This document shows positions 35,718 to 43,842 of a stretch of 55,810 bases of DNA, piece after piece (positions within the stretch are counted from its first letter, which is position 1; each line of letters opens with the position of its first letter). Origin of the DNA: a virus. The position numbers and the translations under genes were made by a program. The notes under the pieces were generated by a model that worked only from the letters and a program-made list of their open reading frames with translations, ran no database searches and was not told where the DNA came from. The DNA lies in IMG/VR virus record IMGVR_UViG_3300011008_000142; one strand, written 5' to 3'.

Positions 35718-36850
35718 TACACCGCCCCCTTCCGGGCGCGCTTGCCGTAGTCCTCATAGATATCCGTCCAGAGGATGCGCATGACGCGCTTCTTAGGATC
35801 GCCGTACAGGATGCCCTCGTACATGGTCTTATAGTGCTTCTGTGTGGCGATGCCGTAGGTCTTCAGGAACAGGTTGCGGTAGCCGGGCAGCGCAGCCTTG
35901 GTGTCCGGGGCGATGTTGAAATCCTCCGTCCGCCGGAACAGGAGGTCCTTGCAGAGCTCCCGATAGTCCTTCTTCTCCTGCTCGGCTTCCAGCTCCCGAC
36001 GCTTCTGGCTCGATCTCCGGAACATTTCACTGTCCCAGTACAGAAGCACCAGGTAGGCGTTCGGCTCCCGGCGCTCGATGCGCTCCCACAGCTCATGGTC
36101 CGTCTCGGCTACCCAGCGAAGCCCCTGGGTGCTCATGTCCCCGAAGAAACAGCAGAGCCGGAGCTGGTTCTTTTTTACGCCGGCCTCATAGAGCCGCATG
36201 TATATGTCGGGAAATTCAAGGCCGCGCTCTTTGATGTAGAGCCAGACATCGGCATCCTTCCAGTCGTAGATGGGATAGAACTTCCCGCCTTTGAGCGAGG
36301 TCATATCCGCTTTGGATATGCACTGGAGCCGTGTCAGGCTCTCGGCGGTCCGGAGGCCGATCATCTGTATGCCGTCCCCGAAGGCACGCTCGCAGAAGGT
36401 CTGATAGTTCATTTCGCCCGGGTAATGCAGGTACGGGCTCGACATGATGGCGAAGGGCGGCGGCTGCCGCATCCAGATATCCTCCTTGCCCGGCTCCCAG
36501 GTGATCCAGCTCTCGGAGGCAGCAAGGCTGTCGATCACGCTCACCTGCTTCACCGGCAGGCACAGCCAGAGGAATTTCGCGCCGACGGAGAGGAATTTCT
36601 TTCGCCACCGCAGCGCGGCGTCCACCATGGAGGGGTACAGCCCTTCCTCGTCCACGAACGTGACCGTGAGCTGGGCGCTGTCGATCTCCCCGGCTCGGAT
36701 CAGGTCATAGGTGATGCTGGACATCACGAGGCTGTCCTTCCCGCAGGAGAACGAGAGGTACACCTTGAAGCCGTTTCGGAACACGTTCCGGATGCGCGTC
36801 TTCGTCGCCTCCAGCACGTTCACCCGGCTCTCTATGCGTTTGGTAGGCAT
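35717..36850 (-). CDS. PAPS-reductase-family PP-loop protein, IbrA-like with long C-terminal extension
   Basis: Start at MPTKRIE after GGAGGT. PP-loop YLSFSCGKDSLV...IGLRTAES...YPIYDWKDADVW. About 150-aa helical C-terminal region. Confidence 0.8.
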   Translation of the reverse strand: MPTKRIESRVNVLEATKTRIRNVFRNGFKVYLSFSCGKDSLVMSSITYDLIRAGEIDSAQLTVTFVDEEGLYPSMVDAALRWRKKFLSVGAKFLWLCLPVKQVSVIDSLAASESWITWEPGKEDIWMRQPPPFAIMSSPYLHYPGEMNYQTFCERAFGDGIQMIGLRTAESLTRLQCISKADMTSLKGGKFYPIYDWKDADVWLYIKERGLEFPDIYMRLYEAGVKKNQLRLCCFFGDMSTQGLRWVAETDHELWERIERREPNAYLVLLYWDSEMFRRSSQKRRELEAEQEKKDYRELCKDLLFRRTEDFNIAPDTKAALPGYRNLFLKTYGIATQKHYKTMYEGILYGDPKKRVMRILWTDIYEDYGKRARKGAV

Positions 36851-37491
36851 ATCGTACCTCCGCAATGGGGGCAGGTGATCGTTCTGGCTCCCTCGGGCGT
36901 CTCTGCGGCCTCTCCCGGCGCCGCAGCGTCCGGGGCCATATCCGAACCCGTCCCGCCCGGCGCGTCCGCCGAGGCCGCTGACGCGGCCTCCATGGGCGCG
37001 GCGCCGGGGACGTGTTCCTCCCGCGTCCGCCGGTTCATGGCGTCGACCTCTTCCTGGGAATATACGCCGTAGTTCTCCACGAGGTCCGTCGCCTCCGCTG
37101 CGGAGGCGTTGAGCATTTCCAGCAGATCGTCATCCCAGCCGGGGATGTCGATATCGCCGTCCAGCTCCTTCAGGATCTCGTCGAACATATCCATGTCCGT
37201 GATCCCCAGCTCGTACACCCGGTTATCCGAGAGCATGAGCTTTTTCTTCATGGCTGGGGTCAGCCCCGTCATGACGCGGCACTCGGCGGAATCGCGGCCC
37301 ATCTGCATCAGCGCGGCATACAGACCGTTCCCGGCAATGATCTCGCCGGTCTCGTCGATCAGGATGGGCTTCGTCTGGCCGAACATTTCCACGGAGCGGA
37401 CGTATTCGGCAAGCTGCTTGTCTGTGTGCCGGCGGACGTTCTTCTCCGCCGGGCGAAGCTCGGAGAGCTTCTTGGTGACGATCTTCATCAT
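36832..37491 (-). CDS. ParB N-terminal-domain protein with C-terminal zinc ribbon
   Basis: LSELRPAEKNVRRHTDKQLAEYVRSVEMFGQTKPILIDETGEIIAGNG (ParB-N), Ala/Glu linker, CPHCGGTIC. Confidence 0.75.
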   Translation of the reverse strand: MMKIVTKKLSELRPAEKNVRRHTDKQLAEYVRSVEMFGQTKPILIDETGEIIAGNGLYAALMQMGRDSAECRVMTGLTPAMKKKLMLSDNRVYELGITDMDMFDEILKELDGDIDIPGWDDDLLEMLNASAAEATDLVENYGVYSQEEVDAMNRRTREEHVPGAAPMEAASAASADAPGGTGSDMAPDAAAPGEAAETPEGARTITCPHCGGTICLPNA

Positions 37492-38093
37492 GCCGCAGCC
37501 CTCCGCTTCTCACGGAGCCGCCACAGCAGCGCGAACAGGATTGCGCCGGCGACGAAGTAGATGCGCACCGAGGCCATAAGGGTCCACATCCCCATCACGC
37601 CGAGAGGGATCAGGAATTGCCAGCCGAGGATCAGGCCGCCGTTGACGGCCAAGCCGACCTTCTTCCCAAAGGCGATGTAGATGCTGTACATGGAGCTGGA
37701 GAGCGTCGACGTGCCGATCAGCGTTATCAAAATGGCCTTGAGCGTGTTCAGAAGCGGTGTAAACTGCACCCAGGCCAGCAGAAACGTTATCAGCATGTAG
37801 ATGCCGAAGTACGCGCCGCCCAGGGTGAAAGCCTCCTGCACGTCGATCTTATGGGCGCCGTCCTCATTCTCGTCGTTATAGTTCAGGATCTCGAAGAAGT
37901 ACGGATAGGTGAAGGGACCGGGCAGGAGCAGTATCGCTTTCCAGATGCCCGTTTTCAGGGCGCCGGGACCGGCGATGGCGGGGATCTCATTGAAACTGTA
38001 CTGGGAATGGATCGCCGCGGCGACGGTCACGCCGTAGGCCAGCAGATAGACGACGATCCAGCCGAAGCCGTCCGTCAGAACGTTTCGGATCAT
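37488..38093 (-). CDS. Polytopic membrane protein, C-terminal part (frame-disrupted with 37987..38403)
   Basis: Several TM segments. The open frame continues upstream of the listed Met as ...FLLILLKYG. Confidence 0.55.
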   Translation of the reverse strand: MIRNVLTDGFGWIVVYLLAYGVTVAAAIHSQYSFNEIPAIAGPGALKTGIWKAILLLPGPFTYPYFFEILNYNDENEDGAHKIDVQEAFTLGGAYFGIYMLITFLLAWVQFTPLLNTLKAILITLIGTSTLSSSMYSIYIAFGKKVGLAVNGGLILGWQFLIPLGVMGMWTLMASVRIYFVAGAILFALLWRLREKRRAAA

Positions 38094-38403
38094 GCCGTAT
38101 TTCAGCAGGATCAGCAGAAAGGGAGAGCCAGGCCTGGAACACGCACATGATGGCGCAGATCCATTTCATGATCTTCGTGCCGAATACCTCCCGCACCTTC
38201 GGGATCCTCATGGCGGCCCACCCGAACAGAATGCAGGCCAGGACATTCCCCAGCACCCAGATGGCCGAGGGAACGAAGCCGTAGGTCTGCGTCATCGTGA
38301 CGCCGTTCATCAGACTTCCGATGCCGGCCCACGTCGCGCAGATGGACAGGGCGTAATAGATCTTCGGATCTTCCTTGAATCTCGATTTGATTTTCGTAAG
38401 CAT
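37987..38403 (-). CDS. Polytopic membrane protein, N-terminal part (frame-disrupted)
   Basis: RBS AAAAGGAGGA. Three TM segments, then the sequence turns Arg-rich nonsense after ...VFQAWLS at the CCCTTT run (38117..38122). Confidence 0.55.
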   Translation of the reverse strand: MLTKIKSRFKEDPKIYYALSICATWAGIGSLMNGVTMTQTYGFVPSAIWVLGNVLACILFGWAAMRIPKVREVFGTKIMKWICAIMCVFQAWLSLSADPAEIRHDPKRSDGRLRLDRRLSAGLRRDRRRGDPFPVQFQ

Positions 38404-38630
38404 GTACGCTTATCCTCCTTTTTTGATGCACGCTCCCCGAAAACCAACTGGCGATATTGATTTTCGTGAGTGTGTACGCCGGGCAAAGGAGAAATCCCGG
38501 CTCAAAAAACCTCCTTCCGAAATAGAATAGGCGCTGTTCCATTTTGACCAATTCGGCCTTTTGGAACAACGCCCGCCTGATTAAGTTTTTACGAGCATAC
38601 TCTAAACCATCTGACCACCCGCTTGCAACC

Positions 38631-38705
38631 GGAACGTACCGGAGCCACCTGGAGGCACCCGGAGCGACCCGGAGTGACCCGGAGGCAACCGCAGGGAACC
38701 GAAGG
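38631..38705. repeat. Tandem array of about 7 copies of a 10-bp unit (plus strand GGAGNNACCC)
   Basis: ggaacgtacc ggagccacct ggaggcaccc ggagcgaccc ggagtgaccc ggaggcaacc gcagggaacc. Starts right after the stop of 38706..39095. Confidence 0.8.
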
Positions 38706-39095
38706 CTATGGCTGGAAGTAATTGTATACGGACCGGTATGCGCTGTCCTCCGTGAAGCTCCCCCCCAGCATATAGGCGACCTCTTTCCATTGGAGCGCGT
38801 GGATATATCGCAGCCGTATGATCAGTCGTATCGTCGGCGGCACAGTTTTCAGCCAGGCTTCAATGCTTTTCTGCTGCTCACCGATCTCCGCCTCCAGTTC
38901 CTCGATGTGCGCCTTATAGTCTGCGATCTCCACAGCGAATATCTCCACCTTCGCAACTACGCCTGGAGTGTGAGGCATACCTGTGAGGACCTGCGCCCCG
39001 GGCACGGCGCGGCTCTCCAAGGACATGAGGATCTCTCTGTCCTTTACGAGCTCCTGCCTCAGCGCCAGATGCTGGTTTAATTCCTCTAAGGTCAT
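38706..39095 (-). CDS. Sigma-70 region-4-like / phage late-transcription regulator candidate
   Basis: C-terminal IRLIIRLRYIHALQWKEVAYMLGGSFTEDSAYRSVY resembles a sigma region-4 HTH (RinA/ArpU/DUF1492-type regulators). N-terminal coiled coil. Confidence 0.5.
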   Translation of the reverse strand: MTLEELNQHLALRQELVKDREILMSLESRAVPGAQVLTGMPHTPGVVAKVEIFAVEIADYKAHIEELEAEIGEQQKSIEAWLKTVPPTIRLIIRLRYIHALQWKEVAYMLGGSFTEDSAYRSVYNYFQP

Positions 39096-39315
39096 GCCCC
39101 TCTCCTCTCAGATCCAGAAGACACTCTTTGATGCCGGCGGCATCGAACGTCACCTGAAACCACCGCCCATATGGATGGACGTATGTAACCGTTCCGTTAT
39201 ATGGTTTCCTGTGTTCGCCATCCACGCCCCGCATCGCCTTCGGCGTCCCAATCACCTGGTTCCCAAAGGTCTCCGGGACTATTCTTATTCTATCACCTAC
39301 ACTTGGTTTTGTCAT
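38914..39315 (-). CDS. Hypothetical protein; 3' 180 nt overlap the next gene, so the true end is uncertain
   Basis: The N-terminal 70 aa look protein-like (MTKPSVGDRIRIVPETFGN...WFQVTFDAAGIKE). The remainder is Arg/Gly-rich. Confidence 0.4.
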   Translation of the reverse strand: MTKPSVGDRIRIVPETFGNQVIGTPKAMRGVDGEHRKPYNGTVTYVHPYGRWFQVTFDAAGIKECLLDLRGEGHDLRGIKPASGAEAGARKGQRDPHVLGEPRRARGAGPHRYASHSRRSCEGGDIRCGDRRL

Positions 39316-39324
39316 GGGAGCCTC

Positions 39325-39564
39325 CTACAGCTCAAAATTCGACCGCTGCAGGAGAAGCAGGTCCCGGAGTTTTTTATTCTCCGACTCCAGATCCCGGACC
39401 CTTGCATTAGCCTCATCACGTTCCTTGGCAGCCCTGGCATACAGCGTCTGATAAATCTCGATCTGCTCGTCCTTTGTGCATACTCCGGTGAGACCGGCAG
39501 ACTTGGCCACGCTCTTATCCCACCAGCGGAGCCGGCCCCTAACACGCATCTTTCGTCCAAACAT
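39325..39564 (-). CDS. Hypothetical coiled-coil protein (79 aa)
   Basis: Start at MFGRKMRV after GGAGGTAACGTGC. Confidence 0.5.
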   Translation of the reverse strand: MFGRKMRVRGRLRWWDKSVAKSAGLTGVCTKDEQIEIYQTLYARAAKERDEANARVRDLESENKKLRDLLLLQRSNFEL

Positions 39565-39569
39565 GCACG

Positions 39570-39806
39570 TTACCTCCGTGGCCGCCTGCGGAACAGCCGC
39601 CGGAACCAGCTCCGGATCCGCGCCGGCAGCCGCTTCCACCAAAGGCGGCGCATATACCTGCGCCGCTCTTTCTCGAATCCGCTCCTGTCGGAAATGACAG
39701 GCTTGTAGTCGGCGTCCATATGCCCGTACCGTTCTCCATGCAATTCACGGAAATCCTGTTCCATCCGCTCCAGCTTCCGTTTTCGGTGCCATTGTTTTGC
39801 GCTCAT
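39570..39806 (-). CDS. Hypothetical highly basic protein (78 aa)
   Basis: ORF with an Arg/Lys/Trp-rich C-terminus. Confidence 0.4.
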   Translation of the reverse strand: MSAKQWHRKRKLERMEQDFRELHGERYGHMDADYKPVISDRSGFEKERRRYMRRLWWKRLPARIRSWFRRLFRRRPRR

Positions 39807-39815
39807 GTCAGCCTC

Positions 39816-40496
39816 CTATTCCATGAACGAGAACCCGCAGTCTTCACATCGAAAATGCTTATGCCCGTTGTACTTGGAAATGATGGCCTTTCCGACCTTC
39901 CCGCAGTTAGAACAGGTGTAATCCTTCTCGATGGGCGTAGCGTATTCCTCCAGATCCTCGTCCTGTATGAACCGCTGGCCGCACCAGTAGCACTGTTCCA
40001 GATCGTACGGCATTTCGCCGCAGACCGGACACTGCGGGATATTCCCATAGCCGTCGTTCACGATGGGCAACTTGACCGGCTCTTTCTCAGCGTAAACTGC
40101 CCACAGCTCCTCGCGCCGTTTCTGGATATCGTCCTCGTGCTTCTGCTCAGCTCTCTCATACTCGGCTCTGTCCCAATGGCTGACACAGGCCTTGTCCTCG
40201 GCGCGGATGGGAATATCCCAGCCGCGCATCGAACAATGATACCCTTCCGGGCTGATACCTTTTCGCCCGAAGCCGTCGTTGTTGCTGGTGTAACGAACAC
40301 ACCCGCCGCACGTCTTGCCGATGATCTCCTCGGGATAGATGAACGTGGCGCCGCTGTTCTTTCGCTCGTCGCTCTCGGGGATGCCGTCGCCGAAGCGAAC
40401 CTCAAAACCGTTTTTGAACTCAAACATAGATGGTTTTCTGTACCTCCTCCACCGGATTTTTTCTTCCAGGTTCACTTGGGATCCTCCTTTGTCCAT
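39816..40496 (-). CDS. Hypothetical multi-zinc-ribbon protein
   Basis: CGGC, CPVCGE...CYWCG, CSNCG...CEDCG motifs. Confidence 0.55.
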   Translation of the reverse strand: MDKGGSQVNLEEKIRWRRYRKPSMFEFKNGFEVRFGDGIPESDERKNSGATFIYPEEIIGKTCGGCVRYTSNNDGFGRKGISPEGYHCSMRGWDIPIRAEDKACVSHWDRAEYERAEQKHEDDIQKRREELWAVYAEKEPVKLPIVNDGYGNIPQCPVCGEMPYDLEQCYWCGQRFIQDEDLEEYATPIEKDYTCSNCGKVGKAIISKYNGHKHFRCEDCGFSFME

Positions 40497-40771
40497 TCAC
40501 GGCCGAACGTGGTAATCGATCTTTCTATCTTCCGAATGCCGAACACCACCCAGCCGTCTTTCAGCCCCCATCCGGACAGGACATAGGTGATCTCGAACCT
40601 TTCCCGGCCCAGCGGGTGTGTAACCATGAGCCCGGCTTTATCGCGGACATCGAACTCCACGGTGTCGCCCTTCTGAAATCCCCGGTCATTCTCCCGGATC
40701 TCGAATGGCTTCTCGCCGGAATAAACGACATCCGCGAACTGCTCCAGCAGCTTCAGCTTATGATGTGACAT
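40472..40771 (-). CDS. ASCH/DUF3850-like protein
   Basis: HKLKLLEQFADVVYSGEKPFEIRENDRGFQKGDTV matches the DUF3850 pattern (H.LK....F..v..G.K.fEiR.NDR.fq.GD). Confidence 0.6.
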   Translation of the reverse strand: MSHHKLKLLEQFADVVYSGEKPFEIRENDRGFQKGDTVEFDVRDKAGLMVTHPLGRERFEITYVLSGWGLKDGWVVFGIRKIERSITTFGREWTKEDPK

Positions 40772-41093
40772 TGTTCTCTGCCTCCTTTTGTGCCAGATCG
40801 TCCAGCGTTTTCTTCAGTTCCAGCATTTCGTCCTCGGTCAGAACGCGGACGCTTTTCCCGTATACTTTCCGGCTGACGGTTTCCAGCATACCGATCACCG
40901 GCAGCGGGATCTTCTTATTCCGAGTAAACCGCAAATACCAGTCATAGCAGCCCCGACAGATGTACAGTCCCTCGCGCTTCAACAGCGTTTCCCGGGTCAG
41001 TCCGCAGAGCGCACACCCGGTCACGGTACCCCGCCGGGCTTTCCCCTTCGGCGGCATGACGATCGGCTCGTCAAGATATGGCCCCAGTCTCAT
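40758..41093 (-). CDS. Hypothetical zinc-ribbon protein
   Basis: CALCG...CRGC. Confidence 0.5.
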   Translation of the reverse strand: MRLGPYLDEPIVMPPKGKARRGTVTGCALCGLTRETLLKREGLYICRGCYDWYLRFTRNKKIPLPVIGMLETVSRKVYGKSVRVLTEDEMLELKKTLDDLAQKEAENNVTS

Positions 41094-41436
41094 GCTGCGC
41101 CTCCTTTCTCTGGATCTCCCTCAGACGCTCCCAGTGATCGTACATAAGATGCTCCTGGTGGCGGCAGTCCTCCTTGTTGTCATACAGGGCCGATTTGAAA
41201 TACCAGCCCTCATAGAAGCCGAAGCCGACCATGCCGGAGGCGTTATAGACGCCCTGGCCATTCTCCCGGACCACCCGGTAGATGTCCCGTTCGTCATGCG
41301 TGGCCAGGCTGACGATCTTCACCTTAATGACCCTATCAGCGCTGTCCAGCATGTAATACTCGAATCCAGGATCCAGCTCAGGATCCGGCGGGTTCGGGAT
41401 GTACCCCTCGATCATCTGGCGTTCACGATCAGTCAT
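41071..41436 (-). CDS. Hypothetical protein (121 aa)
   Basis: Tightly packed ORF with protein-like composition. Confidence 0.5.
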   Translation of the reverse strand: MTDRERQMIEGYIPNPPDPELDPGFEYYMLDSADRVIKVKIVSLATHDERDIYRVVRENGQGVYNASGMVGFGFYEGWYFKSALYDNKEDCRHQEHLMYDHWERLREIQRKEAQHETGAIS

Positions 41437-41615
41437 GGCTTCTTATACCCCCTGCACCGTTCGGTGCCATAGAACTTTTCGACGGTGATATTGTCGCCCT
41501 TCTTGGTATTCCGCAGGTTTACACGGCAGTCCATATTCCCGCAGTCAACGGAGCAGGTCGCCTTCGGCCCTCTCTGTATGGGCAGCTGCGGCGGGCGGCT
41601 GTTATATCGCTTCAT
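41433..41615 (-). CDS. Hypothetical small protein (60 aa)
   Basis: ATGA-type overlaps with both neighbours. Confidence 0.45.
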   Translation of the reverse strand: MKRYNSRPPQLPIQRGPKATCSVDCGNMDCRVNLRNTKKGDNITVEKFYGTERCRGYKKP

Positions 41616-41866
41616 ACCCGACCTCCTCTTTTGAATTTGTCCGCATGCGGGCAGGTCGCCCAGTGCGGCATCCTGGCCATGCCGGTTGGCAGACCGTCAA
41701 ACTGCAGCTGACACTTTATGTACTCGCCGGTATCAGAAATCAGGACATCCGGCCCAGCGTCATCCTGCTTATAGCGGATCAGGCCCTCGTCACAGGGTAT
41801 CCATTTCGCATTGGCCGAGCTCATGATCCACACGATCGAAGCTCCGCAGGCTTTACACGTTGCCAT
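41612..41866 (-). CDS. Hypothetical Cys/His-containing protein (84 aa)
   Basis: CKACG...C...CPH. Confidence 0.5.
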   Translation of the reverse strand: MATCKACGASIVWIMSSANAKWIPCDEGLIRYKQDDAGPDVLISDTGEYIKCQLQFDGLPTGMARMPHWATCPHADKFKRGGRV

Positions 41867-42182
41867 TTCTTACCTCCGTTTCCATAAGCTCCAGCGCGTA
41901 ATGAAGGATATCCGCCGGGGTATGCAGCCAGGCGAGCGTCTTCGCCCGCTCGATCTTCTCGGCCAGCACCGCGGTCTTGCCCGCCCGGTGGACAGCGGCC
42001 TCCATGGCCATGTACCAGTCGGACAGCTCCATCTTCCCGGCGCCGACGGTGTTCACGAACTCGACGCCCCGCGTCTCCTCCTTCATCCTGCCGTTCCCGG
42101 CCCGGTAGAACTTCCCGGTCCCGACGGACTGGAATTCACGGACGCCGACCCATACGAGATCTGCCATGCTGTATTCAGGCAT
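41853..42182 (-). CDS. Hypothetical protein (109 aa)
   Basis: Start at MPEYS, overlapping the upstream stop (ATGCCTGA) after the conserved junction box. Confidence 0.5.
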   Translation of the reverse strand: MPEYSMADLVWVGVREFQSVGTGKFYRAGNGRMKEETRGVEFVNTVGAGKMELSDWYMAMEAAVHRAGKTAVLAEKIERAKTLAWLHTPADILHYALELMETEVRNGNV

Positions 42183-42393
42183 CCCCGTCACCGTCCTCTC
42201 CATCGCTGATTCCCTCTTGGATGACATCAGCCCACAGCCAGTAGGTGATGACCAACGCAAGCAGAATTTCAAAAAAGATAGTCCACTTGTTGCACCGCTC
42301 TCCAAAAACGAGATAGCTCGTGAACGTCAACGCATAAAACGTCCCAAGAAAAGACGTGACCGTTTGGAAAACCATTTTTACCAGATATTTCAT
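42175..42393 (-). CDS. Small membrane protein (72 aa, 2 TM)
   Basis: TMs FQTVTSFLGTFYALTFTSYLVF and IFFEILLALVITYWLW. Ends ...GEDGDGDA. Confidence 0.5.
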   Translation of the reverse strand: MKYLVKMVFQTVTSFLGTFYALTFTSYLVFGERCNKWTIFFEILLALVITYWLWADVIQEGISDGEDGDGDA

Positions 42394-42599
42394 GCGTCAC
42401 CGTCCTCCCATGCTCTTTCGTTCCATCTATTAACCGCTTCTTCGAGCCTGTCGCAGAAGCCGGTGTTATGGATGTGTCCATTTACTCGACACTCGATTCC
42501 ATACGCCCGTATTGACGAAAACTCGTGAACTACTGGCACTTCTCCGCAACACCCCCGCAAGTGTAATGGGCGAGGGTCTAAAAGTTTGTCAGACTTCAT
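42390..42599 (-). CDS. Lar-like restriction-alleviation family candidate
   Basis: C-terminal EEAVNRWNERA, typical of Lar-family proteins. The N-terminal Cys cluster is degenerate. Confidence 0.4.
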   Translation of the reverse strand: MKSDKLLDPRPLHLRGCCGEVPVVHEFSSIRAYGIECRVNGHIHNTGFCDRLEEAVNRWNERAWEDGDA

Positions 42600-43003
42600 G
42601 CGTCACCGTCCTCTCCTGGCTCATAGCAAAACGCCATGGGGTCAAGCGTTTTCCCTCGGCAATAACTCCAATGCTTACATCCTTCGCAACAGGCAGAGCC
42701 TATCAATGCAGGGCCAACAGGACGGTAATAGTCATGATCGTCATATCGGACGCTTTCTCCAGTCAATATGACATTACCATCAGATGAAATCTGAATTTCG
42801 ATAAAACCTTGCTCTGGGATTCTTACGCCTTTCAGCAACATGGCGTTTTTCATCACGGGCTGATTCCGTTCGATCTCCTCGATCGCCGCCCGGAGGATCG
42901 CGCAGCCGCGGGTCGAGCAGCTGTTCTCATGACCGCAGCCCATGCAGGCCAGGGAGCCAGTTTCCACCTTCAACCGCTGGAGAGTTTTCAATAGATCGTC
43001 CAT
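42596..43003 (-). CDS. Hypothetical Cys-rich protein (135 aa)
   Basis: Start at MDDLLKTL after AAGGAGGG. CMGCGHENSCSTRGC and CCEGCKHWSYC clusters. Confidence 0.5.
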   Translation of the reverse strand: MDDLLKTLQRLKVETGSLACMGCGHENSCSTRGCAILRAAIEEIERNQPVMKNAMLLKGVRIPEQGFIEIQISSDGNVILTGESVRYDDHDYYRPVGPALIGSACCEGCKHWSYCRGKTLDPMAFCYEPGEDGDA

Positions 43004-43013
43004 GCTGCCCTCC

Positions 43014-43514
43014 TTACCATCCCTGCGGGAGAATCGTGGCTTCCATTTCCTCCCACTCGCCTGTCGCATCGTACATAACCGAAACGAGAAGCCCGCCAGC
43101 ATAACCTTCTCCGTCCAGTCGGATAAGGGCCTCGGGCTTTACCTTGGAAAGCAGCTCCACCAATACGCCCGCCGTCATTCGGGGCCCCTCCGGCTCCGCT
43201 GCATTCTCGCAGCACTCTGGCTCCTCCTGCTGCGGTTCCGCAGCGGGCTCCTCCTCAGCCACGGCCTCGGGCTCCTCGGGGGCCTCCGGCACGGCCGGCA
43301 GATCTTCAGTGGGCGCGATCTCAGGCTTTTTCGTCTGCGTACTCCCGATCCTGCCGTCAACAGTCTCCCCGCAGGCGCGAAGAAATTCCGCGATATCCCG
43401 TTTATCGCAACCGTTCAGATCCGCCAGGATCTGAATTTGTTCCCGGCGCTCCCTCGGTGTCAGAGCCCGGCGGTATTTCTCCAGGATCTCGTTCCCGCTC
43501 ATTACAAACGCCAT
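43014..43514 (-). CDS. Hypothetical protein with acidic Pro/Glu-rich linker
   Basis: RBS GGGAGAAAGGA. N-terminal helical domain (ILADLNGCDKRDIAEFL). Confidence 0.5.
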   Translation of the reverse strand: MAFVMSGNEILEKYRRALTPRERREQIQILADLNGCDKRDIAEFLRACGETVDGRIGSTQTKKPEIAPTEDLPAVPEAPEEPEAVAEEEPAAEPQQEEPECCENAAEPEGPRMTAGVLVELLSKVKPEALIRLDGEGYAGGLLVSVMYDATGEWEEMEATILPQGW

Positions 43515-43842
43515 GTTTTAGTCCTTTCTCCCTATATGGGCAGTTTTTCGAGGGCGCCACCCAGCGCCCGTCTTTGTCCTTATGTCCTCTAAGCCTTCCG
43601 GTGTACAGGGAATAATGGCAGGCCGGCATCGATCCCAGCATCACCCAATAGATGCAGCCGCGGCACCCCCTCACCTGATTCCTGTACTCTTCCGTGGGCG
43701 GGGTAGACGTCAGAGCCTGCTCCAACGTCCACCCGCGCTCAAGTCGGTTGCTTAGGGCGTTGGGCTCGATCCCGAGCGCCTGCGCCCACTCCCGGAGGGT
43801 CATCGTCCTACCGTTGAATGTGAGAAGGGTGGTGTACCTCAT
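43402..43842 (-). CDS. Hypothetical HTH-containing protein
   Basis: MTLREWAQALGIEPNALSNRLERGWTLEQAL (HTH), then a Cys cluster. The 3' end overlaps the next gene by about 110 nt. Confidence 0.45.
   Translation of the reverse strand: MRYTTLLTFNGRTMTLREWAQALGIEPNALSNRLERGWTLEQALTSTPPTEEYRNQVRGCRGCIYWVMLGSMPACHYSLYTGRLRGHKDKDGRWVAPSKNCPYREKGLKHGVCNERERDPGEIPPGSDTEGAPGTNSDPGGSERLR

Noticed and set aside
38111-38569. 152-aa minus-strand ORF spanning the leader and the start of the membrane protein gene
   Set aside because: It is out of frame with the TM-rich reading frames, its translation is basic and low in complexity, and it has no RBS. The region is better explained as leader plus the 38403-start gene.
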